A stretch of DNA of 64,000 bases from Paludibacteraceae bacterium (GCA_045642085.1 JAZUIF010000107.1:267-64266); one strand, 5' to 3'; numbered from the stretch's first letter, positions 27,021-37,506 are shown. Notes: generated from the letters alone by a model not told the origin. Program-made: numbers and translations.

Positions 27021-27785
27021 TTACTTGATTTTAGTACCGCCGCTTAGGATATGGTTAGCTGAAGTGATTACCACTTCCTTCACTCCCTTGCTGATAGCTG
27101 TAAACGCATTGTCAAGCTTAGGGATCATACCACCACTGATTGTTCCGTCGGCTTTATATGCCTCGAAATCTGGCTTAGTGATCAAAGGGATAACTGATGA
27201 ATCATCGTTCTCATCCTTCAACACACCATCCTTCTCAAAGCAGTAGATTAGCGATACATCAAATCTCTTCGCCAACGCTACAGCTGCCTCCTGAGCGATT
27301 GTGTCGGCATTTGTATTTAGAAGGTTACCCTTTCCGTCGTGAGTGATTGGAGAAAGGACAGGGACGATTCCACGAGCGATTAGATCAGCAAGGATCTCTG
27401 TGTTCACCTCTCTTACATCACCAACAAAACCATAATCAATTGGATTTGGCTTACGCTTGTTGCTTCTCATATAATTGATATCAGCACCAGTCAAACCAAG
27501 TGAGTTGATGCCGTTAGCCTGTAGCTGAGCTACGATATTCTTGTTGACAAGACCAGCGTACACCATAGTAACGACCTTAAGCATCTCTGCATCAGTGATA
27601 CGACGGCCCTCCACCATCTTAGTCTCAATTCCAAGTTTCTCTGCCACCTTTGTAGCGCTACGACCACCACCGTGGACAAGCACCTTATTTCCCTCAATCT
27701 TAGAGAACTGCTCCAATAGACTCTTAAGTGTAGCTTCCTCCTCTACAATCTTACCGCCTACTTTTATCAATGTTAGTTTTTCCAT
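27021..27785 (-). CDS. argB: Acetylglutamate kinase
   Basis: AAK-fold motifs LIKVGGK, VLVHGGG, NTNAD; start moved to the MEKLT ATG so it no longer overlaps the upstream gene. Confidence 0.92.
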   Translation of the reverse strand: MEKLTLIKVGGKIVEEEATLKSLLEQFSKIEGNKVLVHGGGRSATKVAEKLGIETKMVEGRRITDAEMLKVVTMVYAGLVNKNIVAQLQANGINSLGLTGADINYMRSNKRKPNPIDYGFVGDVREVNTEILADLIARGIVPVLSPITHDGKGNLLNTNADTIAQEAAVALAKRFDVSLIYCFEKDGVLKDENDDSSVIPLITKPDFEAYKADGTISGGMIPKLDNAFTAISKGVKEVVITSANHILSGGTKIK

Positions 27786-27786
27786 T

Positions 27787-30153
27787 TTATCTGATAATTG
27801 CAAATTTCATATGTTTTGTCTCAACCAATCCATCCTCATCTGGAGAAGTTGTCACGAAGATATTGTACACTCCTGTTGGCAGACGAGTTCCGTCGCTTCT
27901 GCGTGCAGAGAATCTGTACGTACCACCCTTGCTGATTCCGTTCTCAATCACCATTCCACGTTGATCAGTGATTCTGACGTTGCTCTCTTCCATCAATCCT
28001 TTGATCTCAACATCACCATCATAATCAGAACGGACAGGGTTAGGATAAACAACCATATCATCGAAATCCTCCTCTGGGAATGAAGAATCAGTAGCATACA
28101 TCGACAAACCAGCATCTGTCATAATATAAAGGACACCTGTCGCTCTATCATAATCGATATCCATCACATTATTTGATGGCAATGGAGAGTTTTTCGTAGT
28201 GTAGTTCTGAAGAATCTTATCTCCGTTAGGCGACACAAGGAATACACCGTTACCCTCGGTAGCGATCCACTTTCTGTTTTTTCCATCCACCTGAATCTTT
28301 CTGACCTTATCAGAAGCCAACAGATAATCGGCATATCGACTGTCATCCTCACGTGTGATCTTAGGGCGCACATAAGTCTCCTTATCGTTGAAGATACCCT
28401 TGACATTTCTCATAATGAAAGGTCCCTGAGATGTTGCTATCCACAAATCACCTTTAAGGTCTTCCTCCACACTGAAGATGCTCACAGGTATCAATGATTC
28501 CATCACGCCATCTTCTGCATATTTGAATGACGTGATAAGCTTAGTCTTATCATCTTTGTCGTCGAAAGGAGTCTTATTCAAATCAAACACACAAATTGAC
28601 GCACTCTTATACTCTGCAATAACAAATTCAATTCCAGACTTAGTGCGATAATGGAAATGAGCAGATGGCTGATTCAAGAATTTTCTATGGCTTAATTCAT
28701 GCCACTCACCCGTAGTATCCATCACATAGATTAGATTTCCGTTTGACTCAGGATTTGTCACAAACAAGTTGTGATCATCATCGTACCACGCACACTCTAT
28801 CTTTGTACATCTTGAAGAAGATGGTGTGGCTTGGAACGCACTATTATTCTTGTCGTGAATCTTTACAAGAGAATCATTATAGAATTCATGCAATCCCCAC
28901 CAAGTAGGCACAAAAATATGATTGTCATCTTCAGGGTCTACCATCAATCTATATGCAGAGTTGAAACTATATCTTGAGTTGCTTAGCAACACAGAATCAC
29001 GAAACAAGAAATCTCTCATATGATGCCAATGTCCATTTCTTGTATAATCCGCAACAGCCGGAGTATAATAGCCATCGTTTCCAGTTAGATATATCTCTCC
29101 GTTGATCACCTGTATTGAATAATATCCATTCTGGCTTGGAGTGTCGAACACAACCGCCTTGGAAAGACTTGCATCTGGATCCTCTATTGACATATCCACA
29201 CTTCTCAAACCACCAGCTGATATCCATACCACATTATCGTCAGTGTCGTATACGGCAATATCCGACGGAAAATCTCTATATTTCACGTCGCCAAGATTAT
29301 CCTTATGGAATGCCATAATACTCGAGCCAGTGGTAGCAGTCAGTCTATCATTATAGACCTGTATTTTCTTAGGTGTGATCTCTTTTGTGTTAACAATCAC
29401 CCATGTTCCATCATCAAGACGTGAATATAATGCCACATTAGTTAGTATAAGGATATGGCCTGTGGCACACTCCATCTGCTTGATCTCAACAGTGTCTGTA
29501 GGACATTCTACAGGCAACGGAAGTAAATTCCAAGTACCATAATCGTTGGCATTAGATCCTTTTTTACAAACTTTTAATTTTCTTTTTGTACAACTGCTTT
29601 TGTCTGCCATCAAAGCATAAATGTCACCATTCAAGATGACAGTCTGATAGACTACTTCATAATCTCCGTTGTCTCCAATAATGTATGTGTCGAGAATCTC
29701 TCTCTTTCTAGTGTTGTATACTACTATTCCTGCATCCAAAGAAATGTAGACGTAATCACCGTCGACTTTCAAGCTGTTGACTTTTTTTCCACTGATGTCA
29801 CTTTCTTTGATTGACTCATCACTATATGTCACACCATCCACCAATAGGTCGATTGTCATATTGGAATGGATAATGAACAATGTTTTAGTAGACTCAACAT
29901 ATTCCACCAATTCTATAGTAGACGTACTCAATCCATCAAGAGTTGACAATGGTTTTGCCTCTTTTGTCTTTTTGTCGTAACTATACATTCCTCCGTCGGC
30001 TACTACATATACTTTATCTTTCGACGGAATGATGCTAGTTATTTTATTATAGGAACAAACAGATTGCCATTCTCCTGGTGCAATATTAAGTTTTGCTGAC
30101 GCAGATACTGCTGCAACAAATAATACAATAACGGTATAGATGAATCTACGCAT
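27787..30153 (-). CDS. porZ: PorZ-like T9SS component: double beta-propeller protein with a type A C-terminal domain
   Basis: 788 aa; signal peptide; repeated propeller motifs (WIATSQG, WIATEGNG); C-terminal VYPNPVRSD..VYNIFV; size and architecture match PorZ. The assignment is an inference. Confidence 0.6.
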   Translation of the reverse strand: MRRFIYTVIVLFVAAVSASAKLNIAPGEWQSVCSYNKITSIIPSKDKVYVVADGGMYSYDKKTKEAKPLSTLDGLSTSTIELVEYVESTKTLFIIHSNMTIDLLVDGVTYSDESIKESDISGKKVNSLKVDGDYVYISLDAGIVVYNTRKREILDTYIIGDNGDYEVVYQTVILNGDIYALMADKSSCTKRKLKVCKKGSNANDYGTWNLLPLPVECPTDTVEIKQMECATGHILILTNVALYSRLDDGTWVIVNTKEITPKKIQVYNDRLTATTGSSIMAFHKDNLGDVKYRDFPSDIAVYDTDDNVVWISAGGLRSVDMSIEDPDASLSKAVVFDTPSQNGYYSIQVINGEIYLTGNDGYYTPAVADYTRNGHWHHMRDFLFRDSVLLSNSRYSFNSAYRLMVDPEDDNHIFVPTWWGLHEFYNDSLVKIHDKNNSAFQATPSSSRCTKIECAWYDDDHNLFVTNPESNGNLIYVMDTTGEWHELSHRKFLNQPSAHFHYRTKSGIEFVIAEYKSASICVFDLNKTPFDDKDDKTKLITSFKYAEDGVMESLIPVSIFSVEEDLKGDLWIATSQGPFIMRNVKGIFNDKETYVRPKITREDDSRYADYLLASDKVRKIQVDGKNRKWIATEGNGVFLVSPNGDKILQNYTTKNSPLPSNNVMDIDYDRATGVLYIMTDAGLSMYATDSSFPEEDFDDMVVYPNPVRSDYDGDVEIKGLMEESNVRITDQRGMVIENGISKGGTYRFSARRSDGTRLPTGVYNIFVTTSPDEDGLVETKHMKFAIIR

Positions 30154-30185
30154 GAGTCTACTATATTAAAATTTACTGCAAATAT

Positions 30186-30227
30186 AAAAAAAGCAAGGAT
30201 AGAATTCGCATTCTATCCTTGCTTTTA
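30186..30227 (-). terminator. Strong terminator after the double GH26 gene
   Basis: AGCAAGGATAGAAT-TCGC-ATTCTATCCTTGCT flanked by A and T runs. Confidence 0.8.
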
Positions 30228-30245
30228 TCCATATATCAAGATTTT

Positions 30246-33014
30246 TTACTTGATAACCTTGAAAATCTTCTCTCCATCTTCAGATGAAACAACTGCTGTA
30301 TATACACCCTTGCTCCATGACTTTGTAGAAATCTCTACCTGTCCGTTTACTGGAGAAGATGCAATCACTCTACCTGCAATGTCGACAACCTTAACTGATG
30401 AGTTCTCTGCTACCACCATCATGAAATCCTTAACTGGATTTGGATAGATAGCGACACTGTTCTCAGCTGGTGCCTGCTCAACATCCGAATAATTATCCCA
30501 TCCTGGCATCTCGTCAAGAGAGATTACGTTCTTGTGACCCATCACCTTCTTCCACTCATCGTTAGAAGTCTGATCAGCGAAACCGCTTCCCCAGCTCTGG
30601 TACCAAGGCATCATCCAGCTCCACATTGCCTCATCTTCAACACATGCATCTGCATCTACCACTGGTCCGTTCTCACTCAAAGCAATTAGCTTCTTGTAAC
30701 CTGACATCTTCTTCAAATTGTTGAATACTACATAGTTTGACTGATAATCGAATGCCTTGTTGTAGATATCGATTGAGATGACATCATAGTTGCTTTCTCC
30801 TGGATTCCAACCTGTATCTGCCACGCTCTGTGGATTCCATACCCAGATTAGATTGTGTACTCCCTTCACGTCTACCATCTCATGACGGATAAGCTGGTAA
30901 AGTTTTGCATAGTTCGCACCTCCTTGTGTGCCCCACCAGAACCATCCTCCTGATGCCTCATGCAATGGACGGAAAATACCTGCGATACCCTTTGCCTGCA
31001 ATGCAAGGAAATAATCAGCAATCACATCAATATCTGCGATCATATTATTGTAGATATCAGACTTAGTATTCCATGAACCGTCTGCATTCATAGCACCTGT
31101 AAAATCAAAATCAGTGTACTCTTTAGAGTTACCACTTTGTGTATAAAAACAATCTGTCTTGTACGATGGATCACGCCAGTGCCATGTGAAAGCAGGAATA
31201 CCACCAAGGCTCCACAAATCTTCCATTAGAGACATAGATTTCTCTGTATAGTCTTTGAACCATGTATCATTAGGCTTATAAGCACTCTGACCTGTAGCGT
31301 TCATGAAATCTACACCTCCAAGAGCAGGATACTTTCCACTTCTTGTGTAAACCTCTTTGTAATCCTCATGGTTCTTGAATGTTCCGTCTGAACCATCCAT
31401 GCTTCCTGCCATGAATCCTGAGATGATATTCTTTCCGAAATTCTCCTTCAAGAATGCATATAGTTTCTGTGCCGACTCTGTCGCCTCAGAATCTGACATT
31501 GCAGATGGCTTAACTGTCTGAACTACTGCTGGATTAACCTCCATATAGTCGACTACCCACCATGTCCAACCTGGAACAACTGAGATTGTCTGCCTACCCT
31601 TCTTTAGTTTGAATGTTCCGACCTCGTGTGCACCGTTGATATTGATAGCGACGTCTACACTTGTACCGTCAGCCAACTTAACTGTACAAACCTTGCCTGC
31701 ATCGTAAGGGATAGCACCACCAAGTACGATGTCATAATTACCGTCGGCAGGAATATCAAATTCAAAATTTAGAGATCCGTTAGCCTCCTGGATTGAAACT
31801 GCCTTACCTCCTGAGCAAACCTCTGAACCAACCTCTACACCGCCTGTATAATCAGCACACTCAGCCTCGATATGAGAAGCAGTGTTTAGCGAGCAGGGAT
31901 CATCAACAAGGACAACTCCTTTGTATGTTCCCCAGTCCTTCATATCCTCAAGAGTGATGATACGCTCATCCTCCATGTTGCTCTTCCATACAGAGTTGGA
32001 AGTCTGGCTGATAAACTTGTCATCTCCCCAACTGTCGTACCAAGGCATCCACCAGCTCCAGACAGCACCATCTTTGTGCATATTCTGGACATCAGGAATT
32101 GGTCCGTTCTCCGAAAGAGCGATCATCTTGTCGTCGCCCATCAAAGTCTTGATCTTATTGAAGTAGTTGACCAATGATCCGTTGTCGTTAGCACTCTTAT
32201 AAACGTCTACTGAGATAAAGTCGCAATACTCGTCGCCTGGATACCAAGATGGCTCAAGCACGTTTTCATCGTATGGAGCCTTGTTAAGACGCTCGATATT
32301 CCAAACCCATAGACAGTTGTTGACACCGTTTTCCTTAACCATACGGTTGTACATCAACTTGTAAAGAGCCTTATACTGCTCAGCTGTACCGATACCCCAC
32401 CAGAACCAAGCTCCTGAAGCCTCGTGAAGTGGGCGCCAGATACAAGCGACACCATCCTCCTGTAGTTTAAGGAATACCTGCGACGCTGCATCAATATCCT
32501 TAATCATTGTCTTATAAGCCTCACTCTTTGTATCCCATTCAGTAGTACCAGACTTGAATGCTGAACGGAAATCAAATTTAGCCTGAGTATTGTGATTTTC
32601 TGTCTCACGGCTTGGATCCTTCCAGTGCCATGTGAAAGCAGGGATACCACCCTTCTGATATAGTTCCTTTGCAAGAGCGACGCAAGTCTCAGTATAGCTC
32701 TGGTACCAAGAATCATTCTCATTTGTACCAGTAAGCATAAGAAGGTCAAGGCCAACAAGAGCTGGCTGCTTACCCGACTTCTCAACTACCGCAGCAAAGT
32801 CCTTCTGATTCTTTAGTGCAGACGCACCATCCATGTCTCCAGTCTGAACACCAGAAACTGTCTTCTTTCCATAATTGTCATACAAAAACTTGTAAACCTT
32901 CTTAGCACCATCTGTGCTACCAGTCACTGGAACCTGGCTAATTGCGGCTGAGGCTGTACCTCCCATGCCAAGCATTGCCACGCATGCAAAATAATTTAGT
33001 AATTTCTTATCCAT
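30246..33014 (-). CDS. Secreted protein with two GH26 (beta-mannanase family) catalytic modules, a central CBM6/35-like module and a T9SS type A sorting domain
   Basis: WRPLHEASGAWFWWG and FRPLHEASGGWFWWG; two ALSENGP nucleophile-region motifs; C-terminal IYPNPVKD..VYTAVV. Confidence 0.88.
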   Translation of the reverse strand: MDKKLLNYFACVAMLGMGGTASAAISQVPVTGSTDGAKKVYKFLYDNYGKKTVSGVQTGDMDGASALKNQKDFAAVVEKSGKQPALVGLDLLMLTGTNENDSWYQSYTETCVALAKELYQKGGIPAFTWHWKDPSRETENHNTQAKFDFRSAFKSGTTEWDTKSEAYKTMIKDIDAASQVFLKLQEDGVACIWRPLHEASGAWFWWGIGTAEQYKALYKLMYNRMVKENGVNNCLWVWNIERLNKAPYDENVLEPSWYPGDEYCDFISVDVYKSANDNGSLVNYFNKIKTLMGDDKMIALSENGPIPDVQNMHKDGAVWSWWMPWYDSWGDDKFISQTSNSVWKSNMEDERIITLEDMKDWGTYKGVVLVDDPCSLNTASHIEAECADYTGGVEVGSEVCSGGKAVSIQEANGSLNFEFDIPADGNYDIVLGGAIPYDAGKVCTVKLADGTSVDVAININGAHEVGTFKLKKGRQTISVVPGWTWWVVDYMEVNPAVVQTVKPSAMSDSEATESAQKLYAFLKENFGKNIISGFMAGSMDGSDGTFKNHEDYKEVYTRSGKYPALGGVDFMNATGQSAYKPNDTWFKDYTEKSMSLMEDLWSLGGIPAFTWHWRDPSYKTDCFYTQSGNSKEYTDFDFTGAMNADGSWNTKSDIYNNMIADIDVIADYFLALQAKGIAGIFRPLHEASGGWFWWGTQGGANYAKLYQLIRHEMVDVKGVHNLIWVWNPQSVADTGWNPGESNYDVISIDIYNKAFDYQSNYVVFNNLKKMSGYKKLIALSENGPVVDADACVEDEAMWSWMMPWYQSWGSGFADQTSNDEWKKVMGHKNVISLDEMPGWDNYSDVEQAPAENSVAIYPNPVKDFMMVVAENSSVKVVDIAGRVIASSPVNGQVEISTKSWSKGVYTAVVSSEDGEKIFKVIK

Positions 33015-33310
33015 AATCCTTTTGTTTTATTCTACCAACATACAAACAAATATATACATACTTTTCTATTTTTTTAACAAAACCAACATTGTTTTGTTGC
33101 GACAAAGGTAGATTACTGCACAAAAAAGAGTGAGTAAAATTGTTTCACAAATATGGAAGATTGTTTCAGAGTACGATTTTCTGTGAATCTACTTCACAAA
33201 ACGTCATTTTATTAAGAAAATCACTAAAAAACACGCTAAATTTTATTATGTTGATTTTCAATATTTTGTATAACTTTTTGCATTTTTTATGCAAAAATAC
33301 GTTTGAAAAG

Positions 33311-33341
33311 TTTGCTGTAAAGCAGAAAAACGCTACCTTTG
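33311..33341 (+). promoter_or_regulatory. Full Bacteroidota promoter (TTTG-N19-TACCTTTG) for tRNA-fMet
   Basis: -33 TTTG at 33311-33314, -7 box at 33334-33341, 30 nt upstream of the tRNA 5' end. Confidence 0.55.
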
Positions 33342-33371
33342 CAGTGCAATTCAGAAATGAGTTGAATGGAT

Positions 33372-33444
<73 letters not shown>

Positions 33445-33450
33445 CTAAGA

Positions 33451-33477
33451 AGAGACGGGTGATTCCCGTCTTTTTTC
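33451..33477 (+). terminator. Terminator after tRNA-fMet (AGACGGG-N5-CCCGTCT plus T run)
   Basis: Hairpin of the GAGACG family followed by TTTTTT. Confidence 0.7.
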
Positions 33478-33558
33478 ATTTTAAACAATAATGAATTACT
33501 AAAACCTCATTTTTAACCTATTTTTCCCTTACATTTGTAAATCATAAATTAGATCAAT

Positions 33559-33936
33559 ATGAAGATAAGAAATATCATAATTGCCACATTGTTGGCTCTA
33601 TTTGCAATCTCTTGCGCATCTCCAAAACCAACTCCTGCAGAACGTTTGACTGAAATGAGTGAGTATCTCGACAATAGTGAGACTAAATATTCAGAGGAAG
33701 AATGGGAAGTATTGGGTCTTGAAATCGAGGAGATCGAAGATGAGATACAGAAAAACAAAGATAAGTATTCAGAGGAAGAGATCAGGAAAATTAATCGTCT
33801 GAAAGGCAAGTGTCTTGCTAAGATGGCAAAGAAGGCGGCCAATGATCTTGCAGGTGAAATTGGTAATTTCCTTCAGGAGTCGGAAAGCATACTTGGAGGA
33901 TTCATGGAGGAGATTAATAAGGGTAAAGAGGAGTAG
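33559..33936 (+). CDS. Small acidic helical lipoprotein, function unknown
   Basis: Lipobox LFAISCAS; 125 aa, rich in Glu/Lys. Confidence 0.6.
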   Translation: MKIRNIIIATLLALFAISCASPKPTPAERLTEMSEYLDNSETKYSEEEWEVLGLEIEEIEDEIQKNKDKYSEEEIRKINRLKGKCLAKMAKKAANDLAGEIGNFLQESESILGGFMEEINKGKEE

Positions 33937-33939
33937 GTT

Positions 33940-35124
33940 ATGAAGAAAAAATCATTTTTATTCTTAGTTTCATGTGTCTTGATGGCGATTTGTGTCGGCT
34001 GTGGTGGAAATTCAAAGTCATCAGAAACGGCTACATCTCAAGACACCACTGAGATTGGTGTGGATGAGGATTTGCCTGAAGTGGTGCATAAGGTAGAAAG
34101 GGGATCGGTTGTATATGCGTCAGTAAAAGACACTTTGCGTTTGGATTCTATTGTCTACGATATTGTCAAAGATTGGGGCGAATATAAACAGACATCACAT
34201 TATTGTATTCCGCAAGCATGGTCCACTGATACTGCAGTGTCGAACAATATCAATAATGCAATTCTTGATGAGTTGGAAATTGATAATCCGACGTTGCTGA
34301 CGTCAGATTGGCTCCGTGATGTAAGTTTTAAGGTAGATACGGATTCGACTATTCTTCACCTAAATTTGAAATGGGAGTGGTTTGCATCCAAAGGTGAAGT
34401 AAATCATCAAAGTGATCTGTTTTTCAATATGGAAGACGGAACAAAAATTGAGTGTCGAAAATTCCCTTTCTCCGCTCTTTTCACAACGAAGGGTTACATC
34501 GAGTTTCTTCAGTCAATAAATTGGTTCAATAAGTTCCACGATGCAGTGGTCAAAGGATATAATGACTTCAACAAACAATATCCTGATGAGTATAGCAATG
34601 ATGTTTTATTGAGTGAAATAGAAAGAGTTTACGACTCTCGACTTTGGGATATTGACTACGAGGTCAAGGATGGAACAATTTCATTTTGGAGAGAGAAAGA
34701 AATAGGATCCGTTTTTGGCGGTGGTGGACAATCAGAGTTTGAGCCTCATCTCTACGAAGAGTGTAAACTGAGTGCATTGGATCCCTATCTTAATGATGTG
34801 GGCAAAGAGGTTTTGAGATTGGATAGCATGAAATTCATCCAGCAAAAACTACGAGAGAAGCAACTTTGGGAAGAGGTCGACAATTATGCGTATGCGGAGG
34901 TCGACGGAGTAAGATTTGGTATCAATATGTCGGATTCATTGAATATGACAGGACATGTCTTCTTTAAGAGAAGATGTGAGCAAATAAAAGGATTCGTTGC
35001 TGAGGACAATTTCCAGATGACAAGCAAGAGTGGTGAGCATTTCAGATTCCCGACGGAGAAAGCTATCACAAAGATGTCGGAATGGAATGAGTCTAAATAT
35101 AAATTGCATCAGGAATGGCGATAG
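33940..35124 (+). CDS. Lipoprotein of unknown function (weak resemblance to DUF4163/DUF3298 proteins)
   Basis: Lipobox AICVGCGG; starts 4 nt after the preceding stop. Confidence 0.6.
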   Translation: MKKKSFLFLVSCVLMAICVGCGGNSKSSETATSQDTTEIGVDEDLPEVVHKVERGSVVYASVKDTLRLDSIVYDIVKDWGEYKQTSHYCIPQAWSTDTAVSNNINNAILDELEIDNPTLLTSDWLRDVSFKVDTDSTILHLNLKWEWFASKGEVNHQSDLFFNMEDGTKIECRKFPFSALFTTKGYIEFLQSINWFNKFHDAVVKGYNDFNKQYPDEYSNDVLLSEIERVYDSRLWDIDYEVKDGTISFWREKEIGSVFGGGGQSEFEPHLYEECKLSALDPYLNDVGKEVLRLDSMKFIQQKLREKQLWEEVDNYAYAEVDGVRFGINMSDSLNMTGHVFFKRRCEQIKGFVAEDNFQMTSKSGEHFRFPTEKAITKMSEWNESKYKLHQEWR

Positions 35125-35144
35125 TAGACATATAGAATATATTC

Positions 35145-35182
35145 AAAAATAGGCAACCCAAAACGGATTGCCTATTTTTATT
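35145..35182. terminator. Bidirectional terminator between the lipoprotein pair and hflX
   Basis: AATAGGCAA-N11-TTGCCTATT flanked by A and T runs. Confidence 0.7.
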
Positions 35183-35205
35183 TTGCATTCAGCATTTATA
35201 ATTCA

Positions 35206-36453
35206 TCATTCTTCACTAAACTCTCCCTCATCGTATTTCTGATATAGGAAATCGTTGTAAGGGTAGCGTTGAATGTGAATCTCCTTCACTTTATCGTAAA
35301 GTTGCTTCTTGAAATCCTCAAGATTAGACCTATCTTTAGCTGAGATGAATATGCAGTTACAGTTGTTCATCTTCGCCATCCACATCTTCTTCAAATCCTC
35401 AAGAGAGTAGTTCTCTCGTTTGATTGGAGTAAGGTCGTCTTCCGCTTTCTCCACATATGTGAATGCGTCGATCTTGTTGAAGACAAGCATTGTAGGTTTC
35501 TCCTCTTTATTGATCTCCGACAATGTCTTCTCCACCACTGCGATCTGATCCTCGAATGTTGGGTTGGAAACGTCGACCACATGCACAAGCAAATCAGCCT
35601 CTCTCACCTCGTCGAGTGTGCTCTTGAAGCTCTCCACAAGATCATGAGGCAACTTACGGATGAATCCTACTGTGTCGGAAAGCAAGAATGGAAGATTGTC
35701 CACAGTCACTTTTCTCACTGTAGTGTCAAGAGTGGCGAATAGTTTGTTTTCCGCAAACACTTCACTCTTGGCAAGCATATTCATGATTGTCGACTTGCCG
35801 ACGTTGGTATAGCCCACAAGTGCCACACGCACCATCTTACCACGATTCTTACGTTGTGTGCTCTTCTGCTTGTCGATCTCCTTCAACTCCTCCTTCAAAA
35901 GTGAGATTCTGTTGAGGATGATACGACGGTCGGCCTCAATCTGAGTTTCACCTGTACCACGCATACCGATACCTCCCTTCTGACGGTCAAGGTGTGTCCA
36001 CATTCGTGTAAGTCGAGGCAACATATATCTGCACTGCGCTAGCTCCACCTGTGTCTTGGCATGGGCTGTCTGGGCGCGCATAGCGAAGATATCAAGGATA
36101 AGTGTCGTACGATCGAGAATCTTGACACCAAGTTCCTTCTCGATGTTTCGCAACTGTTTTGGCGACAACTCATCGTCGAAAATCACAAGGTGGATAGAAC
36201 TTTCTTCGTCTTCCTCATGATCGATGATGTAGTTTCTGATCTCCTCAATCTTACCTGGACCGACGTAGGTGTTGGAGTTAGGCTGTACAAGTTTCTGCAT
36301 AAAGATCTTCTGCGGATAAGCACCCGCAGTCTCAGCCAAGAATGCTAACTCGTCAAGATACTCCTTAGCCTTCTGCTCCGACACTGTCTGTGTGGCAACT
36401 CCGACAAGGATAGCTCTTTCGTCGTATATTTCAGTTTTTACCTGTTCTGCCAT
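35206..36453 (-). CDS. hflX: GTPase HflX
   Basis: G1 motif GYTNVGKST, DTVGF, NKID; start set at the MAEQ ATG, just after the recA stop. Confidence 0.92.
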   Translation of the reverse strand: MAEQVKTEIYDERAILVGVATQTVSEQKAKEYLDELAFLAETAGAYPQKIFMQKLVQPNSNTYVGPGKIEEIRNYIIDHEEDEESSIHLVIFDDELSPKQLRNIEKELGVKILDRTTLILDIFAMRAQTAHAKTQVELAQCRYMLPRLTRMWTHLDRQKGGIGMRGTGETQIEADRRIILNRISLLKEELKEIDKQKSTQRKNRGKMVRVALVGYTNVGKSTIMNMLAKSEVFAENKLFATLDTTVRKVTVDNLPFLLSDTVGFIRKLPHDLVESFKSTLDEVREADLLVHVVDVSNPTFEDQIAVVEKTLSEINKEEKPTMLVFNKIDAFTYVEKAEDDLTPIKRENYSLEDLKKMWMAKMNNCNCIFISAKDRSNLEDFKKQLYDKVKEIHIQRYPYNDFLYQKYDEGEFSEE

Positions 36454-36454
36454 A

Positions 36455-37489
36455 TTAAGCGTTTTCTTTTTCTTTGATAGCGGCACGTACAGCAGCGTCG
36501 ATCTCCTCCATCAAATCTGGATTTGCCTTAAGGAATTCCTTAGCTGCGTCGCGTCCCTGAGCGATCTTCTCGTCGTTGTAGCTGTACCATGAACCGCTCT
36601 TCTTAATGATTCCGTACTCCACACCGTAGTCGATCAACTCACCTGTGTATGAGATTCCCTCACCGAACATGATGTCGAATGAAGCGCTACGGAAAGGAGG
36701 TGCTACCTTGTTCTTTACAATCTTCACCTTAGTGCTGTTACCGATCACCTGGTCGCCATCCTTGATAGCTGATGTACGACGGATATCGATTCTGACAGAG
36801 GCGTAGAACTTAAGTGCGTTACCACCAGTTGTTGTCTCTGGGTTACCGAACATCACACCGATCTTATCACGAAGCTGGTTGATGAAGATACATGTTGTAT
36901 TTGTCTTGTCGATAGTGGCTGTAAGCTTTCTCATTGCCTGGCTCATCAAGCGAGCCTGAAGACCCATCTTAGAGTCGCCCATCTCACCTTCGATCTCAGC
37001 CTTAGGAGTAAGTGCGGCTACAGAGTCGACTACCACCAAATCCACTGCTGAAGAGCGGATCAACTGGTCGGCGATCTCAAGCGCCTGCTCACCATTGTCT
37101 GGCTGCGACATAACAAGGTTGTTAGTGTCGACACCTAGCTTCTCTGCATAGAATCTGTCGAAAGCGTGCTCTGCGTCGATGATGGCAGCAAGACCACCTG
37201 CCTTCTGAGCCTGAGCAATAGCGTGGATGGCAAGAGTTGTCTTACCTGACGACTCAGGACCAAAGATCTCGATTATACGACCACGTGGATATCCACCTAC
37301 ACCAAGTGCAAGGTCAAGGCCGATTGAACCTGAAGGGATCACTGGCACGTTTGTCTGTACGTGATCTCCCATACGCATGATCGAACCTTTACCATGGTCC
37401 TTCTCTATCTTTTCCATTGCAAGCTGCAATGCCTTTAGCTTCTCTGCCGATGGAGCAATCGCTCCTGTTGTCTTTTCGTTGTCTTCCAT
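36455..37489 (-). CDS. recA: Recombinase RecA
   Basis: 344 aa; GPESSGKTT Walker A and full-length RecA pattern. Confidence 0.98.
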   Translation of the reverse strand: MEDNEKTTGAIAPSAEKLKALQLAMEKIEKDHGKGSIMRMGDHVQTNVPVIPSGSIGLDLALGVGGYPRGRIIEIFGPESSGKTTLAIHAIAQAQKAGGLAAIIDAEHAFDRFYAEKLGVDTNNLVMSQPDNGEQALEIADQLIRSSAVDLVVVDSVAALTPKAEIEGEMGDSKMGLQARLMSQAMRKLTATIDKTNTTCIFINQLRDKIGVMFGNPETTTGGNALKFYASVRIDIRRTSAIKDGDQVIGNSTKVKIVKNKVAPPFRSASFDIMFGEGISYTGELIDYGVEYGIIKKSGSWYSYNDEKIAQGRDAAKEFLKANPDLMEEIDAAVRAAIKEKENA

Positions 37490-37506
37490 TTTTTTACTGT
37501 TTTTTT

